Of a DNA stretch of 64,000 nt, positions 50,782-59,301 are shown in pieces. This DNA comes from Candidatus Levyibacteriota bacterium. GTDB lineage: Bacteria > Patescibacteriota > Microgenomatia > Levybacterales > UBA12049. Below the pieces are notes generated by a model. That model had not been told where the DNA came from. It saw nothing but the letters and a program-made list of their open reading frames with translations, and did not search any database. The DNA is taken from NCBI GenBank assembly GCA_043823085.1, contig JBDRBE010000004.1:69510-133509 (forward strand), read 5' to 3'. Made by a program: the position numbers and the translations under genes. Each line of letters opens with the position of its first letter. The stretch's first letter is position 1.

Positions 50782-51943
50782 CAGAGTTAATAAGTGGGGA
50801 GGGGCCGAGAGGGTGCTTTTGGCACTTCATGAGTTATTTCCGGAAGCGCCGCTTTATACTTCTGTTTATAATTCAAAGACCGCACCTTGGGCAAAAGTTT
50901 TTCCAAAAGTAATTTTTTCATTTCTTCAAAAATTTCCATTTGCTACGCGTCATGAACTGTATGTCATGTTAATGCCTTTGGCTTTTGAAAAATTTTCCGC
51001 CAAAGGCGGATTCGATGAATTTGACTTGGTAATTTCGGTGACAAGTGAGGCGGCAAAAGGAATTATCACAAAAGAAGGAACTTTTCATCTTTGTTATTGT
51101 TTGACTCCGACTCGCTATCTCTGGAGCGGATATGAGGAATATTTTAAGAATTCATTGTTAAGATTTTTAGCAAAACCCGCAGTTTTTTATTTGCGAAGAT
51201 GGGATAAAATCGCAGCAAAAAGGCCGGATGCATATGTTGCGATTTCGAAAGAAGTGCAAAAAAGAATTAAAAAATATTATAAAAGGGAATCCACAGTAAT
51301 TTATCCTCCGTTAGCATTGCTTGGCGCTGAGGTCGTCCTTGCGGGTCCTGCCGCTCGTCAGCCCCACGCGTTTCCCACTGCGCTAACAAGCGCGGGGCCC
51401 CCGCGTGGTGCCCCCCGACTCGCGTCACCCGCAATGGACTCCCCGCGCCATAGCTATTTTCTTATTGTTTCAAGGCTAGTTCCGTACAAAAGGATTGATA
51501 TCGCAGTTGAGGCTTTTAACGAACTTGGTTTGCCGCTTAAAATTATTGGAATAGGATCTCAAGAAGCTAAATTAAAAAGAATGGCAAAAAGGAATATAGA
51601 ATTTTTAGGCAACTTGACGGATATAGAGCTCGTAAGCTATTATAAAAATTGTCGTGCTCTAATTTTTCCGGGGATTGAAGATTTTGGGCTGACGATAATT
51701 GAAGCGCAGAGTTTTGGAAAACCGGTCATTGCTTTTGCAAGTGGCGGAGCACGAGAAATAATAGTTGAGGGAAAAACCGGAGAATTTTTCTTCCCTCAAA
51801 CAAAAGCAGCGCTTGTTAAGAAACTAAAAGGGTTTCGCGATGATAAATACAAGGGTGAGGACTGTCTGAATCAGGCAAATAAATTTAATAAAAAAATTTT
51901 CAAAGAAAGAATATTGAAATTTATTAAGAGTAAGATAAAATAA
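50759..51943 (+). CDS. GT4 glycosyltransferase (WbaZ-like mannosyltransferase)
   Basis: GGAERVL, YCLTPTRYLW, VSRLVPYKRID, EDFG...EAQ. Confidence 0.92.
   Translation: MKVAVVYDRVNKWGGAERVLLALHELFPEAPLYTSVYNSKTAPWAKVFPKVIFSFLQKFPFATRHELYVMLMPLAFEKFSAKGGFDEFDLVISVTSEAAKGIITKEGTFHLCYCLTPTRYLWSGYEEYFKNSLLRFLAKPAVFYLRRWDKIAAKRPDAYVAISKEVQKRIKKYYKRESTVIYPPLALLGAEVVLAGPAARQPHAFPTALTSAGPPRGAPRLASPAMDSPRHSYFLIVSRLVPYKRIDIAVEAFNELGLPLKIIGIGSQEAKLKRMAKRNIEFLGNLTDIELVSYYKNCRALIFPGIEDFGLTIIEAQSFGKPVIAFASGGAREIIVEGKTGEFFFPQTKAALVKKLKGFRDDKYKGEDCLNQANKFNKKIFKERILKFIKSKIK
51319..51454 (+). repeat. About 136-nt GC-rich nested long hairpin inserted in frame
   Basis: tggcgc/gcgcca, ttgcgggt/acccgcaa, ccacgcg/cgcgtgg, gcgct-aaca-agcgc. 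Confidence 0.88.
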
Positions 51944-51945
51944 CT

Positions 51946-52026
51946 CATTGTTCAATTGTTTCATTGCTTCATTGTTGGATAACTTAGGGATTTTAACAAT
52001 GGAACAATTTTAACAATGCAACAATC
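51946..52026. repeat. Intergenic inverted 8-mer arrays (CATTGTTN)n ... (NAACAATG)n
   Basis: About 4 degenerate units on each arm, separated by about 17 nt. Confidence 0.85.
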
Positions 52027-52034
52027 ATACGTTT

Positions 52035-53117
52035 ATGAAAGTTATAATTTTTGCAGGAGGTGTCGGAACCAGGCTTTGGCCTTTATCAAGAAAGCATACG
52101 CCAAAGCAATTTGAAAAAATAATTGGAAATAAGTCAACGCTACAGCTTGCAGTCGATAGGGTTAAGCCGATTTTTAAGCTTTCGGATATTTTTATTTCTT
52201 CAGGACTTGAATATAAAAAAATAATTCAGGATCAGATTCCCGAAATTCCCAAAAAGAATTTTATTTTAGAGCCGGAAATGAGAGACGTCGGGGCGGCAGT
52301 TGGCTTGGTGGCGGCTATTTTCTCGAAAATTGCCAAAGATGAACCTTTTATAATACTTTGGAGCGACCATTTGGTTAAAAATGAGGATCTTTTTAGAGAT
52401 CATTTAAAAGTTATTGGAAAAATTCTTGAAAAAGACAGTAATAAAATTGTTTTTATGGGGCAAAGATCGCGTTTTGCCAGTCAAAATCTTGGGTGGATCG
52501 AATTTGGAGATAAAGTTGATAGTATTGACGGCGTTTCGGTTTTTGGTTTTAAAAGTCTTCATTACAGGCCAGACATAGAAAACGCCCAGCAGTTCCATAA
52601 GAGCGAGCAACATGTTTGGAACCCCGGATATTTTGGTACAACACCTTCTTTTCTTCTTTCTTTATATAAAAAACACGCGCCGCTAATGTATGAAGGACTT
52701 TTGCAAATTCAAAAGACATGGGAAACACCATATTTTGAAAAAAAGATGCAGGAAATTTATCCAAGTCTTGAAAAATTATCTTTTGACAATTTAATTCTTG
52801 AAAAACTTGAAGCAAAAGACGGATTGGTTGTGGGAGCGGACTTGGGTTGGAGCGACGTAGGAGCCTGGGAATCATTAAAAGAGGCATTGTCGGAAAATGA
52901 AGAGGAAAATGTGACAAGAGGAAATGTTTTAATCCGCGATTCAAAAGACAGCCTTATTTTTAATTATGCAGATCAAATGGTTGTGGGAATAGACCTTTCG
53001 GAAATTCTTATAATTAATACCGAAGACGTTGTTTTGGTTTGTCCTAAAAAATCCGTGCCAAAGATTAAAAAAGTGGTTGAAAATTTAGCGGGTACGCCGC
53101 ATGAACATCTTGCTTAA
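52035..53117 (+). CDS. manC: Mannose-1-phosphate guanylyltransferase
   Basis: AGGVGTRLWPLSR...PKQF, SDH, WSDVGAW; no PMI domain. Confidence 0.9.
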   Translation: MKVIIFAGGVGTRLWPLSRKHTPKQFEKIIGNKSTLQLAVDRVKPIFKLSDIFISSGLEYKKIIQDQIPEIPKKNFILEPEMRDVGAAVGLVAAIFSKIAKDEPFIILWSDHLVKNEDLFRDHLKVIGKILEKDSNKIVFMGQRSRFASQNLGWIEFGDKVDSIDGVSVFGFKSLHYRPDIENAQQFHKSEQHVWNPGYFGTTPSFLLSLYKKHAPLMYEGLLQIQKTWETPYFEKKMQEIYPSLEKLSFDNLILEKLEAKDGLVVGADLGWSDVGAWESLKEALSENEEENVTRGNVLIRDSKDSLIFNYADQMVVGIDLSEILIINTEDVVLVCPKKSVPKIKKVVENLAGTPHEHLA

Positions 53118-53120
53118 TTT

Positions 53121-53786
53121 ATGCCTTATAAAGAAGTTAAAAAAAGCGCATTTTATGAAATTGTAAAAAGGATATTGGATATTCTTTTTTCTTTTTTCCT
53201 GCTTTTGCTTTTCTCGCCTCTAATTATTATTATTTCGATTTTGATAAAACTTGATTCAAGCGGACCAATTCTGGCTGATACTCCGGAAAGAGTCGGAAAA
53301 AACGGAATACTTTTTAAAATGTTTAAATTTCGTTCAATGATTCAAAATGCCCATGAAATTTTGCGGGAAAATCCAAAGTTCTCAAAGCTTTTTAATACAT
53401 ACAAGAAAGGAAGCTATAAATTAAGAGATGACCCAAGAATTACAAGAATTGGGCATTTTATTAGAAAACATTCTTTGGATGAGGTTCCACAACTATTGAA
53501 TGTTTTAAGGGGAGAAATGAGCTTAGTTGGTCCCAGGGCTTATTATCCGGATGAACTTCGCGAACAGCAGAAAAAATATCCCGATACAAAAGAATGCGTA
53601 AAAATTGTGTTATCTGTAAAACCGGGAATAACAGGATTTTGGCAGGTTTCCGGAAGAAGCGAAATTAATTTTGATAAGCGTATTGAAATGGATGCGAATT
53701 ATGTTAAAAAAAGGTGCATTCTTTATGATTTTTGGATTATTATTAAAACTCCTTGGGCCATGGTTTATGGAAAAGGAGCGTTATAA
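53121..53786 (+). CDS. Priming polyprenyl-phosphate sugar phosphotransferase (Bac_transf)
   Basis: KRILD, FKFRSM, DPRITRIG, SLDEVPQL.NVLRGEMSLVGPR, KPGITG.WQV. Confidence 0.93.
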   Translation: MPYKEVKKSAFYEIVKRILDILFSFFLLLLFSPLIIIISILIKLDSSGPILADTPERVGKNGILFKMFKFRSMIQNAHEILRENPKFSKLFNTYKKGSYKLRDDPRITRIGHFIRKHSLDEVPQLLNVLRGEMSLVGPRAYYPDELREQQKKYPDTKECVKIVLSVKPGITGFWQVSGRSEINFDKRIEMDANYVKKRCILYDFWIIIKTPWAMVYGKGAL

Positions 53787-53833
53787 GAGTTTAAAGACTT
53801 GCTTTTTTGCTTTTTATTGCCTATCATTTAATA

Positions 53834-55771
53834 ATGGATGAAATTTCAAAAATAGAATTAGACTCAAAAAATCCTACTCCATCATCTCCAATTTTTGAAC
53901 ATATGAGGAAATTTAAATTACCTAAAAGAACAGCGATTGTTGTTCTCTCAATAATTTTATTAGTCGCAGTGGGATTTTTCTTTATGGTCTTACTTCCTGC
54001 GCAAAAAACTTATTCCGCAGGGATGACTAGCTACGCGCAGGCGCATAAAGCCTGGGACGCGGTAAAAAAACAAAATATCGATCAAACAATTACGGAACTT
54101 GAAAGCACAAAGAAAGAACTGGGAAAAACCCAAAACAGTCTTAATTCTTTATCTTTTCTAAAATATATTCCTATTGCCTCAGGTTATTATAACGACGCAG
54201 ATCATTTAGTAAAAGCAGGTTTTTACGGTTTGGATGCGGCTTTAACAGTTGCAAACTCTTTAAAGCCTTACGAGGATGTTCTTGGACTAAAGGGAAAGGG
54301 AAGTTTTGTCATGGGGTCGGCAGAACAAAGAGTTCAGTTGGCAATTATGACGATGGGTAAAATTACTCCTCATATTGATGATGTTGCAGGATCGTTAAGT
54401 TTGGCCAAAAAAGAAATCGAACAAGTTGATCAAAACCATTATCCGTCGATTTTTGGCGGAGAAAAAATAAGGGATCAATTAATTTCAGTAAAAAGTATTG
54501 CCCGACAGAGTCTCACTTTTGTTGCGGAGGCAAGACCGCTTATAAAAATACTTCCGTCACTTTTGGGTGATACCAAAGAAAGGAAATATTTAGTTTTGTT
54601 TCAGAACAATGCCGAGTTGCGTCCAACAGGCGGGTTTATAACAGCCTATGCAATTTTTAGAATAGATAAAGGAGTTATTCATGTTGACAGGTCAGATGAT
54701 ATTTATTCTCTGGATAATGCAATTGGTAAAAAAGCAAAAGCGCCCGCACCTATCCTTAAATATCTTCCCAACGTTTATACGTTTAATCTTAGAGATTCAA
54801 ATATCTCTTCGGATTTTATTGAATCAATGAAAACTTTCGATTCCATGTATAAGCTTGCATCTAATAAGGTAAATGTCGATGGAATTATTGCAATTGATAC
54901 GCATGTTTTAGTTTCTGTAATAAAAATATTAGATGATAAAGTGAATGCGGCCGGAATGACTTTTACGTCAAAAGAGGATCCAAGATGTAATTGTCCGCAA
55001 GTAATATTTGCTCTTGAAGATACAATTTCAAGGCCGGTTAATTATCAAAAGAGCGGCCGGAAAGATCTTCTTGGGACTTTATTATATGCAATAATGGAAA
55101 AAGCTTTATCGTCCTCTCCTAAAGTTTATTGGGGGCCATTATTCCAGTCATTTCTTACTGAAACTTCGCAAAAACACGTTCTCTTTTATCTTTTTAATGA
55201 AGATGCTCAAAGCGGCGTAGAGGCTCTTAATGCGGCCGGTAGAATAAAGTCGTTTGATGGCGATTATCTCCATATTAATGAAGCAAATTTTGGCGGACAA
55301 AAATCAAATCTTTATGTGCAAGAGAATGTTGAACAAAGCTATGAAGTAAAGAATGACGGAAGCATTGTTAAAACAGTTACGATTAACTATAAAAATCCCG
55401 AGCCTCCTTCAGATTGTAATTTGGAAAGAGGAAATTTATGTCTGAATGCAATTTTGAGGAACTGGTTTAGAATTTATGTGCCAAAAGGAAGCGTTATGCT
55501 TAATAGTCAAGGATCGGAAGTAAAAATGACATCATATGAAGAACTTGGAAAAACTGTTTTTGATGGATTCTTGACTGTTAGGCCTTTGGGTGCGGCTAAA
55601 TTTACTATTTCTTACAAATTGCCGTTTAAGTTAAAGAGCGGTTCACCTCTTCCGCTTCTTATTCAAAAACAGCCGGGGACTGATAAAAATGAATATGTTA
55701 TCAAGATAAACGGTAAGCAAGTTGAAAAGTTTCTTCTTTTGACAGATAAAGAAGTCAAATTAAGCTTTTAA
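53834..55771 (+). CDS. DUF4012-like membrane-anchored protein
   Basis: N-terminal TM, YLVLFQNNAELRPTGGF, RDSN, GIIAID, QKQPG. Start moved to ATG 53834. Confidence 0.8.
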   Translation: MDEISKIELDSKNPTPSSPIFEHMRKFKLPKRTAIVVLSIILLVAVGFFFMVLLPAQKTYSAGMTSYAQAHKAWDAVKKQNIDQTITELESTKKELGKTQNSLNSLSFLKYIPIASGYYNDADHLVKAGFYGLDAALTVANSLKPYEDVLGLKGKGSFVMGSAEQRVQLAIMTMGKITPHIDDVAGSLSLAKKEIEQVDQNHYPSIFGGEKIRDQLISVKSIARQSLTFVAEARPLIKILPSLLGDTKERKYLVLFQNNAELRPTGGFITAYAIFRIDKGVIHVDRSDDIYSLDNAIGKKAKAPAPILKYLPNVYTFNLRDSNISSDFIESMKTFDSMYKLASNKVNVDGIIAIDTHVLVSVIKILDDKVNAAGMTFTSKEDPRCNCPQVIFALEDTISRPVNYQKSGRKDLLGTLLYAIMEKALSSSPKVYWGPLFQSFLTETSQKHVLFYLFNEDAQSGVEALNAAGRIKSFDGDYLHINEANFGGQKSNLYVQENVEQSYEVKNDGSIVKTVTINYKNPEPPSDCNLERGNLCLNAILRNWFRIYVPKGSVMLNSQGSEVKMTSYEELGKTVFDGFLTVRPLGAAKFTISYKLPFKLKSGSPLPLLIQKQPGTDKNEYVIKINGKQVEKFLLLTDKEVKLSF

Positions 55772-55782
55772 AGGATTTCTTC

Positions 55783-56325
55783 ATGCGTAATTTTAAAACA
55801 GAGGGAATAGTCATTAAGAGAAGAAATTTTGGGGAGGCAGATCGCATTTTAACGGTTTTTACCAAGAGAAGAGGAAAAATTCAGATTAAAGCCTTGGGAG
55901 TGCGAAAAATTACAAGCAAGCGCTCTCCTCACGTTGAGCTTTTGAATTATTCTTCGTTTTCGCTTCATCAGGGCAGAAGTTTGCCTATTTTAACCGAAGC
56001 ACAAACACTGGAAGATTTTTCTCAAATTAAAGACAGTTTGATAAAAGTAGGTTTTTGCTATCATATTTGCGAGCTTATTGACGGTCTTTGTCCGGAGAAT
56101 CAGGAAAACAGTATGGTTTTTCCATTTTTACTTGCAACTCTCAAGCGATTATCAAACCAAGAAAAAATTGTTGAAATTATTCATGAGTTTGAAATAAATC
56201 TTCTTGTGCATTTGGGATATTATAAACATTCAGCCTTAAATAAAGATTTTGATTCATCCGCATTTATAGAGCGAGTACTTGAAAAAAAGTTAAGATCAAA
56301 AAACATCTTTCCTCACTTTGTTTAA
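55783..56325 (+). CDS. recO: DNA repair protein RecO (short form)
   Basis: TEGIVIKRRNFGEADRILTVFT..GKI..A.GVRK..SKR. Confidence 0.92.
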   Translation: MRNFKTEGIVIKRRNFGEADRILTVFTKRRGKIQIKALGVRKITSKRSPHVELLNYSSFSLHQGRSLPILTEAQTLEDFSQIKDSLIKVGFCYHICELIDGLCPENQENSMVFPFLLATLKRLSNQEKIVEIIHEFEINLLVHLGYYKHSALNKDFDSSAFIERVLEKKLRSKNIFPHFV

Positions 56326-56440
56326 AGCGAAAAGTTCCTGCTTTATTTTATAAAGTTGTTATCTAGTGCCCTAACTTAAAAGTAGAAAATTTCTAGAATT
56401 TTAACCGTCAGAAAAATGTGATTATTGGGTTAAATTCCCC

Positions 56441-56575
56441 AAAACTCCAGAGGTGTCCTAGCTAATCCACCTTAGAGGTGGACGAGGTATGCTACCTGAT
56501 AACTTGGGTCTATCACTTGCGCCGAGGGAAGGCGAGAAATATTACACCCCAATGTTACACCCCCGAGGTGTAACA
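56441..56575. repeat. Cluster of short palindromes with a recurrent GAGGTG core (REP-like)
   Basis: tccacct-tag-aggtgga; tgttacacc-cccga-ggtgtaaca; actccagaggtgt; duplicated ttacacccc. Confidence 0.7.
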
Positions 56576-56614
56576 GGCATATGATATATATTTAGTATAT
56601 ACTTGATATATACC

Positions 56615-56764
56615 ATGATTAGAAAGATTATTGGATTGGGGAGATATTCTGCCATTGTTTCTATCCCCCGGGAGCTAATGAAAAAACTACGGTGGAGAAA
56701 AGGGCAAAAGGTGGAAGTTTCTGCCAAAAGAAAAACCCTGCAAATTAAAGATTACAAAAATTAA
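56615..56764 (+). CDS. AbrB/MazE/SpoVT-family small DNA-binding protein (49 aa, absent from the ORF track)
   Basis: MIRKIIGLGRYSAIVSIPRELMKKLRWRKGQKVEV...LQIKDY matches the swapped-hairpin pattern. Confidence 0.8.
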   Translation: MIRKIIGLGRYSAIVSIPRELMKKLRWRKGQKVEVSAKRKTLQIKDYKN

Positions 56765-56821
56765 AAGATTAAGCGTTAATATCCGCTTTAACTATATTTC
56801 TTTTTCTGCTATCATAGTGCT

Positions 56822-58165
56822 ATGACAAAAGATTCAAACGTGATGGTCGCGTCAAACGCGATGGAGAAGATTGTTGCTCTTTGTAAAAGGCGCGGTTTTA
56901 TTTATCCCGGGAGCGAAATCTACGGCGGGTTAAATGGCATGTGGGATCTTGGGCCAATGGGAGTTAGGTTGGCAAACAATATTAAGAAAGAATGGAAAAA
57001 AAGCGTAGTCCAGTCACGTGACGACGTTGTCGAATTAGATTCATCGATTCTTTATAATTCTAAAGTTTGGCAAGCTTCAGGTCATGTATCTTCATTTACG
57101 GATCCTCTTATCGAATGCAAAATTTGTCATGAAAGATTTAGGGCCGATAGCGAAAAAGATATTAAAGAGCATGAAAAGCTTCACAAAACGCCTTCTTGGA
57201 CCGATGTAAAAGCGTTTAATTTGATGTTTAAAACATATGTTGGACCAATTGATGACGAAAAAAATAAAACTTATCTTCGCCCAGAAACTGCCCAGGGAAT
57301 TTTTATCAACTTTGATAATGTCATAAATAGTGCAAGAGTAAAAATTCCTTTTGGCATTGCGCAAATCGGCAAAGGTTTTAGAAACGAAATTACAACCGGA
57401 AATTTTCTGTTTCGAGTCCGCGAATTTGAAATGATGGAACTGGAATTTTTTGTTAAACCAACTGATGCCAAAAAATGGCATGAATATTGGAAAAACGAAA
57501 GACTGAGTTGGTACATTAATTTAGGAATAAAAAAAGAAAATATTAAACTGGTTGATTTGCCCAAAGAAGAGATTGCTCATTATTCCAAAGGGACAAGCGA
57601 AGTTTGGTATAACTGGCCCTTCGCTGGCGCTTTGGGTAAACTTCAATGGGGCGAACTTGAAGGAATCGCCAACAGAGGCGATTATGATTTATCAAACCAT
57701 GCAAAATGCTCCGGAAAGGATTTATCTTATTTTGATCAGGAGACAAATGAAAGATTTGTTCCTTATGTTATTGAGCCATCGCTTGGTGTGGGACGCGCAA
57801 TGCTTGCTTTTTTGCTTGATAGCTACGAAGAAGATGATAAAAGGGTTATTTTAAAACTTCATCCAAAACTTGCACCAATTAAAATTGCTGTTTTTCCTCT
57901 TTTGGCAAATAAACCAGAGCTTTTAAAGCAGGCAAACGAAATTTATAAAAATCTGAAAAAAGAAATTGACGGCGTTGCTTTTGATGACAGAGGAAATATC
58001 GGCAAGCGCTATCTTTCGCAAGATGAAGTTGGGACGCCATTCTGTGTGACTGTTGATTTTACAAGTCTTGAGGACAAGACAGTAACGGTACGCGATAGAG
58101 ATACAACAAAACAGGAGAGAATAAAAATCGACAAACTTCTTGACAAATTTGCTTGGATTGGTTAA
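56822..58165 (+). CDS. glyQS: Glycine--tRNA ligase (homodimeric GlyQS type)
   Basis: LCKRRGF, YLRPETAQGIF, FRNEI, RVREFEMMELEFF, PYVIEPS.GVGR. Confidence 0.96.
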   Translation: MTKDSNVMVASNAMEKIVALCKRRGFIYPGSEIYGGLNGMWDLGPMGVRLANNIKKEWKKSVVQSRDDVVELDSSILYNSKVWQASGHVSSFTDPLIECKICHERFRADSEKDIKEHEKLHKTPSWTDVKAFNLMFKTYVGPIDDEKNKTYLRPETAQGIFINFDNVINSARVKIPFGIAQIGKGFRNEITTGNFLFRVREFEMMELEFFVKPTDAKKWHEYWKNERLSWYINLGIKKENIKLVDLPKEEIAHYSKGTSEVWYNWPFAGALGKLQWGELEGIANRGDYDLSNHAKCSGKDLSYFDQETNERFVPYVIEPSLGVGRAMLAFLLDSYEEDDKRVILKLHPKLAPIKIAVFPLLANKPELLKQANEIYKNLKKEIDGVAFDDRGNIGKRYLSQDEVGTPFCVTVDFTSLEDKTVTVRDRDTTKQERIKIDKLLDKFAWIG

Positions 58166-58179
58166 CTTAATTAATATAG

Positions 58180-58656
58180 ATGAAAAATAGAACGTTGATT
58201 ATTGCCGCAGTTGTTGTTTTATTAATTATTATTGGCGGGGGAGTATATTTTCTTTCTTCAAAGAATTCAACAGGTAAGCCCCAAGATTTGATTTCGGAAA
58301 TGAGCCAAGAAGTAATTCCTACGGTTATGCCTTCGGATATTGGTTTAATAATTACACTTCGCGATGACAGTAAAGCTATGAAGTTTGAAATCACTCAAAT
58401 AGACGGTATTTCGCTTGTCGAATATCAAATTTCTTACATGAAAGAAGTAAATGGTGAACAAGTTCCGGAAGGTTTAATTGGAGAAATAAAAGTAAAGCCG
58501 GGTGATAAAAAAATAACTACCGATTATCGTGAATTTGGCACATGTTCTTCCGGAAAATGCCGGTATGACAAAGTGGTTTCCCCTGTGAGCTTAACTTTAA
58601 AAATTACAAAAGACGACGGCAGCATTCTTTCTTCGGAAGAAATAACGCAGTTATAG
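58180..58656 (+). CDS. Hypothetical membrane-anchored/secreted protein
   Basis: N-terminal TM; GTCSSGKCRYD motif. Confidence 0.7.
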   Translation: MKNRTLIIAAVVVLLIIIGGGVYFLSSKNSTGKPQDLISEMSQEVIPTVMPSDIGLIITLRDDSKAMKFEITQIDGISLVEYQISYMKEVNGEQVPEGLIGEIKVKPGDKKITTDYREFGTCSSGKCRYDKVVSPVSLTLKITKDDGSILSSEEITQL

Positions 58657-58774
58657 CTTCAAATTTTAACTTCTTTAAATTCATCCCCTATATATAGTGT
58701 TTTTTTTAAACTTAAAACCCTATTTTTGTTGATTGACCTATTGACAGGCTTAAGAAAATGCTGCAAAATGATAT

Positions 58775-58803
58775 AAAGTGGTCTAAAGTGGGAAGAAGTG
58801 GGA
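58775..58803 (+). promoter_or_regulatory. MraZ operator: three (A)AAGTGG boxes with 10-bp period
   Basis: aaagtggtct aaagtgggaa gaagtggga upstream of mraZ; TTGACA at 58741. Confidence 0.85.
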
Positions 58804-58860
58804 CGCTTCACCTCAAATGAGGTTCAGCGCAAGCTAAAAAGAAAGGCAGGTTGAAAGAGA

Positions 58861-59301
58861 ATGCTACTTGGACAATATGAAGGAAAAATTGATAAGAAAA
58901 GCAGAGCAGCATTACCCAAAAAACTTAGAGAAATTTTGGGAGATAAATTAATTATTACTAAAGGTTATGAAAACTCGCTTATTATCGTTTCGGAAGAAGG
59001 ATGGAAAGCTTTGCTTGAGGGAACAGAAGGAAAACCATTCATTCAATCGGAAACAAGAGAAACTCAGCGATTCATTCTTGGAGGGGCAAGTTTTGTCGAG
59101 CTCGATAATAAGGGAAGGTTTATTTTGCCTTCTTACCTTAGAGCGTTTGGAAAAATTAAGGATGAAGTTGTATTCCTAGGTTTATCAAGATATGCAGAAA
59201 TTTGGGATAAAGCAAGATGGCAAGAACATAGTCAAAGTCTGGAGCAAAATATTGATTCGATTGCAAAAAAATTAACAGAAAATGAAAATAAAAATGAATG
59301 A
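58861..59301 (+). CDS. mraZ: Transcriptional regulator MraZ
   Basis: IDKKSR..LP..LR, LDNKGRFILP..LR, EIWD. Confidence 0.95.
   Translation: MLLGQYEGKIDKKSRAALPKKLREILGDKLIITKGYENSLIIVSEEGWKALLEGTEGKPFIQSETRETQRFILGGASFVELDNKGRFILPSYLRAFGKIKDEVVFLGLSRYAEIWDKARWQEHSQSLEQNIDSIAKKLTENENKNE

Noticed and set aside
51319-51454. tRNA or self-splicing intron
   Set aside because: No TTCGA T-loop or cloverleaf; too short and lacking group I/II hallmarks; the ORF reads through.
56330-56821. T-box riboswitch upstream of glyQS
   Set aside because: No T-box GGTGGNACCGCG motif seen; an AbrB ORF intervenes and glyQS has a -10 box 6 nt before its ATG.
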